Translations under genes and position numbers: made by a program
Shown: piece by piece, positions 28,899 through 38,282 of the stretch
Layout: each line of letters starts with the position of its first letter
Position numbering within the stretch: position 1 is the first letter of the stretch
Notes under the pieces: generated by a model
The model's database searches: none
The model's input: only the letters and a program-made list of their open reading frames with translations
What the model was told of the DNA's origin: nothing
NCBI GenBank assembly: GCA_037142615.1
Contig: JBAXAI010000010.1
Span: 57,966 to 121,965 of the forward strand
Length of the DNA: 64,000 nt
Reading direction: 5' to 3'
Origin: Spirochaetales bacterium
Lineage (GTDB): Bacteria > Spirochaetota > Spirochaetia > JABEVK01

Positions 28899-29935
28899 AG
28901 AGTCCCTCCGCGCCGCACACTGCGCAACAGCAAGAACAGGAAGTACGGCGCTCCCACCAGCGCGGTCACAATGCCCACGTTGATCTCTTGCGCGCCCAGA
29001 GCCATGCGGGCCACGAGGTCGCAGATCACCAGAAACGCCGCGCCGCCGAGCGCTGCCGCCGGGACGAGCAGACGATGATCGGGACCCAACAACAAGCGCA
29101 GAATGTGCGGCACGATGAGGCCGACAAAGCTGATCGGCCCGCTGATGCAAACCGCCGAGGCCGTCACCGCCGACACCAGAACCAGCAGAATCAGGCGGGT
29201 ACGGAACACATCGACGCCAACGGCCTGCGCTTCCTCTTCGCCCAGCAGCAGAACGTTCAGGTCGCGGGTGAACCACAGCAGCGCAAATACCCCGGTGCCG
29301 ATGGGCAGAATCACGAGCCCCAGCGATTCCCAGCGCACGTTGTACAGGTTGCCCATCGACCAAAAGAGGAACTGCGCGATGCTGTCATGGCTGGCAAACG
29401 TGAGCACCAGCGACGTGCCGGCCCCGAAAAATGTGCTCACCGCGATACCGGCCAAAATGAGGGTGAACAGGCCCATTTTGCCGGCCCGAATGGCCAACAC
29501 AAAAATGATTCCGGCGGCGGTGAGCGAACCCAGCGACGCAAACACCGGCAACGCCCACGCGCTGGTGGCGGCAACCCCGAGAGCAATGCTGAGCACAGCG
29601 CCAAAACCCGCGCCGCTGGACACACCGATGAGTCCCGGGTCGGCCAGAGGATTGCGCAACAGGCCCTGCATCACCGTCCCCGCGACCGCCAACGCAGCAC
29701 CGATCACCACGGCCCCGAGCACGCGAGGCAGGCGCACCAGAAAAATGATGGCGTCCCACTTCTGGTCGGGAGGCGGCAACCATCCGGCGGGAAAGCCCAG
29801 CCGCGCCAAGATCACCCCGGCCGTGTCGCCCAGCGGCACCGACACCGACCCGATGGCCGTCGCCACAAGCACCAGCCCCAACAACGCCAACGTCAGAGGA
29901 AGCAGAATCCACCACGCCAGGCGGGGGGTATTCAT
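28895..29935 (-). CDS. Cobalamin ABC transporter permease (BtuC/FecCD)
   Basis: RLPR, QGLLRNPLADP, FVGLIVPH, GAPYF. Confidence 0.93.
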   Translation of the reverse strand: MNTPRLAWWILLPLTLALLGLVLVATAIGSVSVPLGDTAGVILARLGFPAGWLPPPDQKWDAIIFLVRLPRVLGAVVIGAALAVAGTVMQGLLRNPLADPGLIGVSSGAGFGAVLSIALGVAATSAWALPVFASLGSLTAAGIIFVLAIRAGKMGLFTLILAGIAVSTFFGAGTSLVLTFASHDSIAQFLFWSMGNLYNVRWESLGLVILPIGTGVFALLWFTRDLNVLLLGEEEAQAVGVDVFRTRLILLVLVSAVTASAVCISGPISFVGLIVPHILRLLLGPDHRLLVPAAALGGAAFLVICDLVARMALGAQEINVGIVTALVGAPYFLFLLLRSVRRGGTL

Positions 29936-29948
29936 CGCGGTAGCGGGC

Positions 29949-30896
29949 CTAGCGGAACAGCGCCGGGTAGCCGGCTTTGGCCAGGTCTTCCACCGCGTCG
30001 GCCATGTACTGACTGGTCGACTGCAGGTGCTTGTCTTGCATCACCAGCACCCGTTTGTTCTTGACGGCCTTGAGCCCAGCAAACACGGGGTCGGCCACAA
30101 AGTCGGCCAGAAACTTGGCCGCATCGCTGCTGCCGTCGTAGCTCCAGCTGGGCAACAGGATCACGTCGGGGTCGAGGGCCAACACCTGCTCTTTGCTCAC
30201 CTGAGGCCAGCCGGACAGGCCAGCCTTGGTGGCGACGTTCACCAGCCCGGCTTTTTCGATCAAAGCCTCAAAGCTGGTCCCTTTGGCGTAGGTGCTGCCC
30301 CAGAAGCTGTAACTGAGCACGGTGGGTTTGGCGGCGACGCCCTTGAGCTTGGTGGCCACTGCTGCCAGACGTTTTTCCACCGTGGCAAGCAAGGCCTTTC
30401 CCTTGGCGGTTTCACCGGTGACGGCCGCCATCTGGGTGACGAGCGTGGTCAGCTCGTCGAAATTGTCGGGCGTTTTGAACACGAACACCGGGATTTTGGC
30501 CTCGCGCAGGGCAGCGATGAACTCGGGTTCCTTCCAACTGGCCACGAACACGAGGTCGGGCTGCAACGCGATGATCTTTTCTTTTTCGCCGGCGATTTTG
30601 GTGGGAAAGGCCTTGGCCCAGGCAGCGATGTTGGAAATGCCCGCGTCGGTGGCGAAACTGTCGATGGCCTTGATGCGGCTCTGGTCGACCAGTTCGATGA
30701 GGATTTCGTCGGTGGGCAACGTGAGCGAAATGATGGCCTTGGGAGCGGCGGACAAGGTGATGGCCGTGCCTTGCGCATCCTTGAGCGTGAGCGGGAAAAC
30801 CTTGTCGGTCGCCCCGGTGCCGGCGGCATTGAGGCCGACAAGGGTTGTGAGCAGCAGGGACGACAACGCGACCCGGCGCAACAGGTGAGAACTCAT
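29949..30896 (-). CDS. Cobalamin ABC transporter substrate-binding protein (BtuF-like)
   Basis: Signal peptide; P..IISL, EKIIALQPDLV, LKAVKNKRV; lies downstream of a B12 riboswitch. Confidence 0.88.
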   Translation of the reverse strand: MSSHLLRRVALSSLLLTTLVGLNAAGTGATDKVFPLTLKDAQGTAITLSAAPKAIISLTLPTDEILIELVDQSRIKAIDSFATDAGISNIAAWAKAFPTKIAGEKEKIIALQPDLVFVASWKEPEFIAALREAKIPVFVFKTPDNFDELTTLVTQMAAVTGETAKGKALLATVEKRLAAVATKLKGVAAKPTVLSYSFWGSTYAKGTSFEALIEKAGLVNVATKAGLSGWPQVSKEQVLALDPDVILLPSWSYDGSSDAAKFLADFVADPVFAGLKAVKNKRVLVMQDKHLQSTSQYMADAVEDLAKAGYPALFR

Positions 30897-30899
30897 GGT

Positions 30900-31005
30900 G
30901 AAACTCCTATCTCTCGTAGGTTTTCAGTACGGCACCGAGGTGAGCGACCTGGCTTTACAGTGGCGGGACCGCGCGGGATTTTCACCCGCTTCCCTCTGCC
31001 TCGGC
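30900..31005 (-). ncRNA. Cobalamin riboswitch, compact form, with expression platform over the RBS
   Basis: Minus strand gccgagg..GGGAAgcgggTGAAAATcccgcgcggtCCCGCCACTGTAaAGCCAGg..cctcggt upstream of btuF. Confidence 0.85.
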
Positions 31006-31158
31006 TGTCTGTCAACACTGTCCATTCAAGCGCATTTCGGCGGTGCGTTCTAGCAAAAACCGGGGAATCTTGGGATTATTGCATCAGGATACGGCACGTG
31101 AACGTCACACTTGCCATGGTATCTTGCTCTGGTGAGGGGGGGGGAGTATCATGACAAT

Positions 31159-31341
31159 ATGGCAACCATGACTGGCATCCAGGTACCTCCCCCTCCAATT
31201 CCTAGCAAGGAAGAGAAACATCAGATGACCCTAGAAGCCCTGAAGAGCATTGACGAGGGTCGAGTGTCCACCGACAAGGAAGCTTCGGCCTGGCTCAGAA
31301 GCCTAGGTACCGCCAATCCTCTTCCACGCCCTCACAAATGA
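31159..31341 (+). CDS. Antitoxin-like small protein (C-terminal part of a CopG/RHH-type antitoxin)
   Basis: TLEALKSIDEGRV...AWLRSLGTANPLPRP; ATGA overlap with a ParE-like gene. Confidence 0.6.
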   Translation: MATMTGIQVPPPPIPSKEEKHQMTLEALKSIDEGRVSTDKEASAWLRSLGTANPLPRPHK

Positions 31342-31547
31342 GCGTTATCTGGTCCAATGAGTCCCTCGAGGATATGGAGCGGATTTACGAGTTTCACGCC
31401 GAGTTCAGCGTTCACGTCGCCAGGCGTGTCGTAGCGATGATCCGAAGAGCAACCAAGTTGCCAACTGTGTTTCCGCAAGTCGGCCGCCCGTGTGATCGGT
31501 ACATCCCCAGAGACGTCCGGGTCTGGCCTTCCAAAGAAGACCGCTGA
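31338..31547 (+). pseudogene. Truncated RelE/ParE-family toxin
   Basis: VIWSNESLEDMERIYEF...FPQVGRP; stops at 69 aa and lacks the C-terminal strands. Confidence 0.65.
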
Positions 31548-31629
31548 GCTACGGCATCCAAACCTTCTTGGCCCAGCGGGTGCCCTTCGGCCCTCAGGCA
31601 ACGAAAACTACACTGGCAGTACGGAATTG

Positions 31630-32175
31630 TCAAATGCTTTGCGGGAAGTGAGTTAGCAGACAACTCGTGAACGTCACCGTGAGAGAGCCATGGTTGTAGG
31701 GGATGCCGTTGGCCTCGCACACTTGGCTGACGAACAGCCCGTAAGCCTCCATCGACACGATGGCCTTATCGGGAAAACGGCATGGTTCCGCCGGGCACGG
31801 ACATTCGGCGCAAAGCGTGCAGGCCCCGGCGCCCATGGGCAAACAGTGGGGTACCGTTCCACGCACGTCGCCCACCAACTGGTGAAACCGTTGGTTGTGC
31901 AGGGCTTGCGCCGCCTCCATGGACTCGTAGTCGAAGTCGTCATCAAGCTTGCCGACCGTTTGCACCAGAATGCCCCGCTCGAAGGCAGCCACCTTCCGGG
32001 TAGACTCGTCGAGCGTGCCGCAATGGGGCGGGCAGGTCCAGTTTTTGCCATAGCTGCGGCAGGTGTTGGCGGCGCACATGGAGCGCACCTCGGGCAGAAA
32101 CTTGAGCGTGGCGACGCTTAGTTCGCCGGCGTCTTCGAAGCCGTGGTCGCGGGCGAGTTGCAAAAGGGCGGTCAT
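31630..32175 (-). CDS. DUF2284-family Cys-rich metal-binding protein
   Basis: C...C..YGKNWTCPP, GAGACTLCAEC, CRFP, SMEAYG. Confidence 0.85.
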   Translation of the reverse strand: MTALLQLARDHGFEDAGELSVATLKFLPEVRSMCAANTCRSYGKNWTCPPHCGTLDESTRKVAAFERGILVQTVGKLDDDFDYESMEAAQALHNQRFHQLVGDVRGTVPHCLPMGAGACTLCAECPCPAEPCRFPDKAIVSMEAYGLFVSQVCEANGIPYNHGSLTVTFTSCLLTHFPQSI

Positions 32176-32489
32176 TCCTTGCTGATCCGCATCACCACGT
32201 CCTTGGGGAGCGCGAGGACGCAAGCCACTTCGATGCCTTTGAGGATGGCTGCCGGGACGGGGCAGGCGGCGTGGTGGCAGTGAAGCCTCGCCGCCTTGGC
32301 CACCGTCGAACTACCCCATTTGCCGAGCACTTCGGTATAGCCATCGAGTTCCTGCAGGTCGGCCTCCATGGCCTTAATGGCCTCGCAGTCGGAGGTGAGG
32401 CTGACTTTGACCTGCAGGTCGTCATCGGCGACGGCCGTGATTTCGGTGGTGAACCCGCAGATTCCAGGTTCAACGTGCACGTGTGCCAT
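32172..32489 (-). CDS. Small Cys-rich protein (DUF6951-like)
   Basis: PGICGF.T, SDC, CHHAACPVP..ILK.IEV...LALP. Confidence 0.75.
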   Translation of the reverse strand: MAHVHVEPGICGFTTEITAVADDDLQVKVSLTSDCEAIKAMEADLQELDGYTEVLGKWGSSTVAKAARLHCHHAACPVPAAILKGIEVACVLALPKDVVMRISKE

Positions 32490-32500
32490 GGACTTCTCCT

Positions 32501-33703
32501 TTACGACCCACCGGCTTGTTGGTTTCCCGCTTGCCGGAACTTGCCCGGCGACTGGCCGGTGACTTTCTTGAACACCCGGTTGAAGTAGCTTTGGTCCTCA
32601 AACCCGACCAGACCCGCGACGACCACCAAGGGGATGGAGCGGTCGGCCAGCAGGCGTTTGCTTTTTTCGATGCGCACGTCGCTCAAAAAGGCGACAAAAC
32701 TGGTCTTGAGCTCTTCTTTGAACACCCGGCTGAAATAGCTGGGGCTCAGGTACACCTGCGCGGCCACCGCTTCGAGCGACAGTTTTTGCGCGTAGTTCAG
32801 CCGGATGTAGCGCACGGCCTTCTGGATGATGTCGGCGTGCTTGACGGCCTTGAGCACGAACATGCAGTCGGCGAAGCGGCGCACCACGCGCGCCAAAATG
32901 GTCTCGAGGTCATCGATGCTGCGGGCCAACTGAAGGCGCTGCATCCAGTTCTCGCTGATACCGAACACCTCTTCGGCCGACGCGCCGCCCTCGACCGCCG
33001 CCCGAGAAAGCAACACCAGCAACTCTTGCGCCCGCAGGCGCACGGTGGCGATCTTTTGACCTGAGAAGAAGAACACGTGGCCCAAAATGTCGTTCACCAG
33101 CGCGCGGGCTTCGTCGTGGTTGCCGTTCGAAAGCAGAGCGATGAGCTCTTTTTCTTTTTCGAACGGGTACGTGGGCGGAAGTTCGGCGCCGGTGTCGGGG
33201 TACCAACTGGTGGGCCTTTGCAACGGCTGGGGCTCGGCTTCGGGCGCCAGTCGGTGGCGCAGTTCGGCCACCAGGCGGTAGAGCACCTCGGCGAGCGCCG
33301 TCGCACGCGCGGGCTGCAGGTAGGGAACCAGACGCAGCTCGTCTTCCAACTGATCCAACCCTTTGAGCTTGAGGTCGGTAAGCATTTCCTCGGGTTCCAG
33401 CAGCAGAACTGGGCCGCCAACCACCACCGCTTGGACTTCGGCGTTCACAGTCAACGGTATAGACCAATGGAGCAAATTGTTGGGGCAAAAGTAGATGTAC
33501 TTGCCACCGAAGCGCTCGGCCTGGTAGGCGCCGTACTGGTGGGCCTTGCTGCACTCCGACCGGTGCCCGGGCAGAGCGTGCTGCATAGCGCGGCAAAACC
33601 GGCACCCCCCCGCTTGGCCGAGCTGGTCCTTGTCAAACACTTGGCAGTCGACGCCGCAGGCTTCGCGGTAACTGCGAACCAGGTTCTCCAGTTCAGTCGT
33701 CAT
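32501..33703 (-). CDS. PocR-ligand-binding-domain AraC-family activator
   Basis: C.FC...C...H.YG..QA..FGGKYIYFCP, VVGGP; AraC HTH GFEDQSYFNRVFKK. Confidence 0.88.
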   Translation of the reverse strand: MTTELENLVRSYREACGVDCQVFDKDQLGQAGGCRFCRAMQHALPGHRSECSKAHQYGAYQAERFGGKYIYFCPNNLLHWSIPLTVNAEVQAVVVGGPVLLLEPEEMLTDLKLKGLDQLEDELRLVPYLQPARATALAEVLYRLVAELRHRLAPEAEPQPLQRPTSWYPDTGAELPPTYPFEKEKELIALLSNGNHDEARALVNDILGHVFFFSGQKIATVRLRAQELLVLLSRAAVEGGASAEEVFGISENWMQRLQLARSIDDLETILARVVRRFADCMFVLKAVKHADIIQKAVRYIRLNYAQKLSLEAVAAQVYLSPSYFSRVFKEELKTSFVAFLSDVRIEKSKRLLADRSIPLVVVAGLVGFEDQSYFNRVFKKVTGQSPGKFRQAGNQQAGGS

Positions 33704-35282
33704 CACCGGGATCCTCCGGGAACAGCATAGCCTCGGCGAAAGCCATTTGGAACTCGGGTTCGGCCGAAAGATCGACGGCGGCGGTGGCCTTGGCAATGGC
33801 CAGGGCCCGGTCGAGGGCCAGCGGCTCTGCAAGTACAGCGAGCGCTCCCTTGAGCGCGGTGTTGCCCGAGGGCACCACTTTCCCCCGAAGGGCTTGCGGA
33901 AGCAGACCAATGGCAAGCGCCGACGCCGGCCGCAAAAAGGTTCCAAAGCCGCCAGCCAGGTGCACGCGCGAAATCTGCTCCAGGGCGACGGCGCTCTTGA
34001 GGCACAGAACTTCGATGCCGGCGGCGATGGCCCCCTTGGCCAGCTGCAGCTGACGGATATCGGCCTGGCTGAGGCACACCGGCGAGGCGGCGTCGGGGAA
34101 GAAATCGTCGCCTTCAGCCAGCTCCAGATACCCGGTTTCGTCGAGTTGGCCGCCCCGACGGAGGGCGGCCGCCAGGTCGAGCAGGCCCGAGCCGCAGATG
34201 CCGGTCAGGGGCTTGTCGCCAATCGTGGTGTACCAAAACTCGCCGGCCGTATCACCGGTGGCCGAGGTCCAGCCCGCATGGTCGAGCGCTCCGGGTACGC
34301 CGGGACAGCCGTGGGCAATCTGCGCGCCTTCGAAGGCCGGGCCGGCGGCGGTGGCTGTGGACTTCATTCCGTGGCGGTTGCCGAGCACCATTTCGCCGTT
34401 GGTACCGATATCGAGCAGCAGCTCCAACTCTTCGGCCTGGTCGAGCCCGGTGGCAAGCACCCCGGCCGTGAGGTCGGCCCCCACAAACGCCGAAATGCCG
34501 GGCAGAAGTTGCACGGTGCAAGTGGCAGGAAGCGCAAGGCCCAACGACGGAGCAGGCGTGACTCTCGGCTCCAGAAACACCGGCCGGAAGGGAACCCTGG
34601 CCATGCCCGTGGGATCGGCCCCGGCGAACAGGTGTAGCATCACGGTGTTGCCCGCGACCACGATCCCATCGAGCTCCGAAGGCATGCGCCCGGCGGCGTC
34701 GAGCTGCTCGGTGATCAAGTTTTGGATCTGCCCCGCGACCGCGCGACGCATGGCCTCGAGGGCCTCGGGGTGATCGATCACCGACTGGATGCGCGCCACC
34801 ACGTCGGAACCCCAGGTTTTTTGGGCGTTGGCGGCGGTGCGCACCGAAAGCACCCGGCTGGCGGCCACATCGACCAGGGCGACTGCCAGGGTGGTGGTAC
34901 CGATATCGACCGCCACGCTCAGCGGTCGGCCCGAAGTTTGGGCGGCGGCACGCAGCGCCGGGTCAACGTCAATCGTCAACTGCTCCTGCGGCACGGCGAT
35001 GCCGTCGTCCCCCGCAGCCAGTTCCACCCACCCTTCATGCTCAAAACGCGCCAAGCACGCCAAACGCACACCGCGAGCCCGCTCGACCTCGCTCAGGTGA
35101 CGCAGTTCCAGCGGGTCCGCGAGGCTCAACGGCGAGGCAGCGACCGCGGAAGAGGGACAGACCTCGACGCGGCACTTGCCGCACGAGCCTCGGCCCGCGC
35201 AGGGAGCCCTCAAAGCGTGATCGTTCCCCCGAAGCACTTCGAGGAGGGTCTGGCCGGCCTGGCCGTGGACGCGAAGGTTCAT
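33693..35282 (-). CDS. ASKHA-domain reductive activator of corrinoid proteins (RACo/RamA-like, DUF4445) with N-terminal 2Fe-2S domain
   Basis: CAGRGSCGKC...RLAC; VDIGTTT, GNTVM, FVGAD, DIGTNGE, AAGPAFEG, GICGSG, QLAKGAI, LAGGFG. Confidence 0.93.
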   Translation of the reverse strand: MNLRVHGQAGQTLLEVLRGNDHALRAPCAGRGSCGKCRVEVCPSSAVAASPLSLADPLELRHLSEVERARGVRLACLARFEHEGWVELAAGDDGIAVPQEQLTIDVDPALRAAAQTSGRPLSVAVDIGTTTLAVALVDVAASRVLSVRTAANAQKTWGSDVVARIQSVIDHPEALEAMRRAVAGQIQNLITEQLDAAGRMPSELDGIVVAGNTVMLHLFAGADPTGMARVPFRPVFLEPRVTPAPSLGLALPATCTVQLLPGISAFVGADLTAGVLATGLDQAEELELLLDIGTNGEMVLGNRHGMKSTATAAGPAFEGAQIAHGCPGVPGALDHAGWTSATGDTAGEFWYTTIGDKPLTGICGSGLLDLAAALRRGGQLDETGYLELAEGDDFFPDAASPVCLSQADIRQLQLAKGAIAAGIEVLCLKSAVALEQISRVHLAGGFGTFLRPASALAIGLLPQALRGKVVPSGNTALKGALAVLAEPLALDRALAIAKATAAVDLSAEPEFQMAFAEAMLFPEDPGDDD

Positions 35283-35288
35283 CGTCAC

Positions 35289-35341
35289 AGCCTAGCGCCC
35301 GCCGCGCGGACTGTCTTGCACATTGGCTTTATTCTTGGGAC
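35289..35341 (-). promoter_or_regulatory. Activator-dependent promoter, copy C of the shared 53-bp motif
   Basis: Plus strand agccta-N18-gtcttgcac-N11-tcttgggac. Confidence 0.7.
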
Positions 35342-36348
35342 TTTTCGGGCAAGGTCGGCACGTAGATGTAGCCCGGATCGGTTTTCTGTTTTTTGCGGAT
35401 TTCGAACAAGAGCCTCAGCCCGGCCCAGAGGCTTTTCTGGCTCGGGGGCAGATCGTAGGCAATGGCCCGGTGCAGCTTACCCTCGTTGTAGCACGGGACG
35501 GCCGCGTACATGTGGTGCGCGGTGTGATAGTTCATGTTCCAGTACAACCATCGGGTGATGGGGCCACCGGTGAACGAATGGCACACCAGCCGCCAGTCGG
35601 GGGTGCTGTCGCCCAGACCGGTGTGCTGCATGGCCCCGCAGAGTTTGCCGTACCAGCTGGCAAAGAACACCCCAAAGGTCACCAGGTAGATGAGCACCCA
35701 GAGTTGAAAGTAAATGAAGACTCCCAGCAGGATCAGATGGCTGAGCAGCATGAATCTCGCCCACCCCACCATTTGCCCTCGGCGCTTGTCGCCCTTCTCA
35801 AACAGGGGATTCCAAAAGAAGTAGTCCGCGTCGGCTTTACCGAAGGTGTGCATCACCGCCAAACCGAACCACGACCGAAACTGAGTCCAGTCAAAGGTGA
35901 ACCACTGCAGCAGGTTCCAGAAGTTCAGTTTGTCTTTCACCGGGCCCTGCACGACTTCCTTGTCGGGGTCCTTGAACACCGTCAGTTGGTGATGCAGCCC
36001 GTGGCTGGCGCGAAAGTGGACGGGGTTGTTCCAGGTCATCCAGCAGAACAAATGGTAGAAAAATTCGTTCAGGGCCTTGGTCTTGAACATGGTGCCGTGG
36101 CTGAGTTCGTGAACCCCGGCGGCCATGCTGAAGAACATGAGGAAGGTCGAGTGGACGTAGCAGGCGACGACCATGGGCACCCACATCTGATTGACAAAGA
36201 AATAGAGCGCAGCCGATATCGTGACGACCCAGCCCAGCAGAAAGCTCAGCGTCTTGCGTAGCCCCTTGAAGTCGCTCTTGGTGGCCAGCTCCTTGAGCAG
36301 CGCCTTGTCGACCGGAGTCCGGTACCACTCGATTTTTTTGGGATCCAT
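35329..36348 (-). CDS. Fatty-acid-desaturase-superfamily membrane di-iron oxygenase, MocD (rhizopine oxygenase)-like
   Basis: His boxes HELSH, HGLHH, HTAHH; EWYR N-terminus, QHTGL, LYWNMNYH..HHMY..VP. Confidence 0.85.
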   Translation of the reverse strand: MDPKKIEWYRTPVDKALLKELATKSDFKGLRKTLSFLLGWVVTISAALYFFVNQMWVPMVVACYVHSTFLMFFSMAAGVHELSHGTMFKTKALNEFFYHLFCWMTWNNPVHFRASHGLHHQLTVFKDPDKEVVQGPVKDKLNFWNLLQWFTFDWTQFRSWFGLAVMHTFGKADADYFFWNPLFEKGDKRRGQMVGWARFMLLSHLILLGVFIYFQLWVLIYLVTFGVFFASWYGKLCGAMQHTGLGDSTPDWRLVCHSFTGGPITRWLYWNMNYHTAHHMYAAVPCYNEGKLHRAIAYDLPPSQKSLWAGLRLLFEIRKKQKTDPGYIYVPTLPEKSQE

Positions 36349-36382
36349 GTTGATTCTCCTTCTTGAACCAAGGCTCTCGCCT

Positions 36383-38215
36383 CTAGGCCGTCTTGAACTT
36401 CTGGATGGCGCCGTCCAGGTTGCCCGCAATCACTCCAATGCCGTCGGCCTGCTCCGACACCTGACGGATGGTTCCCGAGATGTCGCTCAGGCCGGTGCCG
36501 ATTTCGCCGATGTTCGAAACCACCTCTTGCGACACGCGCCGAACCTCTCCCATCACCTTTTGAACGGCTCCGCTGGATTGCAGAACCTGAACGGCTTCTT
36601 CGGTGATCTTGAGAGAACCCGACTTGAGTTCGCTCATCGCCTCGAGCACATGCTGACTCCCCACTTGCATCTCATTCACATTGCCATGGATTTCGCGAAC
36701 CGAGCGGCTGACTTCGCCAATCCGCCTCGTGATCACCTCAAAGGCCTGACTCGTCGTTTCGCGGGTACTGCCAGCCTCTTTCATCTTGCTCAGAATCGTG
36801 CGGATGACTCGGGCTATGTCGTCGGAGCTGGTTCGGGCGGCCTGGGCCAGCTTGGTGATTTCGTCGGCGACCACCGCGAAACCTTTGCCAAACTCTCCGG
36901 CGTGCGCAGCCTCGATGGCGGCGTTCATGGCTAGAATCTGGGTCTGGCCGGCGATGCCCGAAATTACGTCGGCCATCTCTTGAATCGACCCGACACTCTC
37001 GGTGATTTCAGCCACTTTTTCAAAGGCCGCATTGAAGACCTCGCGACCGCCATCCGCCTCGCGCACCAAGCTTTCGGCCGACCTCTGGTCGCGCTCGGTA
37101 AGCAGCGAGATGTTGCCGATCGAGGTGAGCACCTGGGTCACCGAGCCCACGGAATCCTCGACAAGCGAATTCTGATTCCGGATGGCCAGAGTGAACCGGT
37201 CCAAGGCACCCAGAATGTTGTCCATGTCGGACGAAGACACAGCAATCATGTGGTCCATGGTTTCCATCTGCGAACGAATCGACGACGAGTTGGCCTCGAT
37301 CTCGACTGAAGAACTGGAGGCTTCGGTTACGGCCCTGACCAGTTCCTCCCTGAGCGCCAGGTTGTGCCGGGAGGCCTGCTGAATCGTCGACAACGAACCA
37401 TTCAAACTGTCGAGCAGATCGTCGAGCTTACGCCCCAGAATTCCGATCTCGTCGCGCCGTTTGAGCCGAAGGCGCTGAGTGAAGTCGCCCGCACTCATCA
37501 AAGTGATGTTTTTGTCGACGGCGCGAAACGATAGCGTGATGCTCCTTGTGAGCGAAAGCGACAGGGTCAAAGTGACAACAAGAAGCAGAATCACCGCTCC
37601 AAGACTGATCCAGGTTGCCCTTGACTGCAAGGCGCTGACTTCGCCAAAAATGACGGCGTCTTTTTCCTTGATGACCTTCACAGTCGTGACAAACAGATCA
37701 TTGAGGTTCGTTAAGTTGTTAAGCAGGGAACCCGTGTGGAACATGGCCAACCCGCTGGTGTCGTCGGTATTCTTGAGCAGATTGACGACAATGAAGTCGT
37801 CCGAAACCCCTTGGTAAAGTTCCTTGGCGTCGGCTTCCAAGTCGGCCAAGTTCCCCGCAACCTGCTCGAGCCCGTCGGCCGAAAGGGAACCCAAGTCCTT
37901 CACAGCGGTCACGGCCTGCTTGAGAGTCTCGCTGACCGTGGGCAACAGGGTTACGGTGTCCATTTCTTTCAAAGCAAGCTGAAAGTTGGCGACCGAATCG
38001 CGGAACCTCTTCACTTGCGTTTCAAACCCCGAAGTGGCCAATAGGTTTGCTTCGGCGCGCAGCTCCGTCGCCGCCAGCGACAACCGCTGGAAAACACCAT
38101 TTTCCTTGCGCATTTGTTCGATGGGAGCCTGAATCGCAAAATAAATTCCGGCAGCCAGAACAAACATCAAAAGGCTTCCTATGACGAGAAGGAATAGCTT
38201 GGTTTTTAGCGACAT
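36383..38215 (-). CDS. Methyl-accepting chemotaxis protein
   Basis: Two TM helices, HAMP domain, QTQILAMNAAIEAAHAGEFGKGFAVVADEI. Confidence 0.95.
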   Translation of the reverse strand: MSLKTKLFLLVIGSLLMFVLAAGIYFAIQAPIEQMRKENGVFQRLSLAATELRAEANLLATSGFETQVKRFRDSVANFQLALKEMDTVTLLPTVSETLKQAVTAVKDLGSLSADGLEQVAGNLADLEADAKELYQGVSDDFIVVNLLKNTDDTSGLAMFHTGSLLNNLTNLNDLFVTTVKVIKEKDAVIFGEVSALQSRATWISLGAVILLLVVTLTLSLSLTRSITLSFRAVDKNITLMSAGDFTQRLRLKRRDEIGILGRKLDDLLDSLNGSLSTIQQASRHNLALREELVRAVTEASSSSVEIEANSSSIRSQMETMDHMIAVSSSDMDNILGALDRFTLAIRNQNSLVEDSVGSVTQVLTSIGNISLLTERDQRSAESLVREADGGREVFNAAFEKVAEITESVGSIQEMADVISGIAGQTQILAMNAAIEAAHAGEFGKGFAVVADEITKLAQAARTSSDDIARVIRTILSKMKEAGSTRETTSQAFEVITRRIGEVSRSVREIHGNVNEMQVGSQHVLEAMSELKSGSLKITEEAVQVLQSSGAVQKVMGEVRRVSQEVVSNIGEIGTGLSDISGTIRQVSEQADGIGVIAGNLDGAIQKFKTA

Positions 38216-38234
38216 GAAAATACTCTCCTCTCGC

Positions 38235-38263
38235 AAAAAAGAGGGGCCTTATGGCCCCTCTTT
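38235..38263 (-). terminator. Rho-independent terminator-like hairpin after the binding-protein gene
   Basis: aaaaaagaggggcc-ttat-ggcccctcttt. Confidence 0.75.
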
Positions 38264-38282
38264 CACGAAAAAGAAACGAGCC

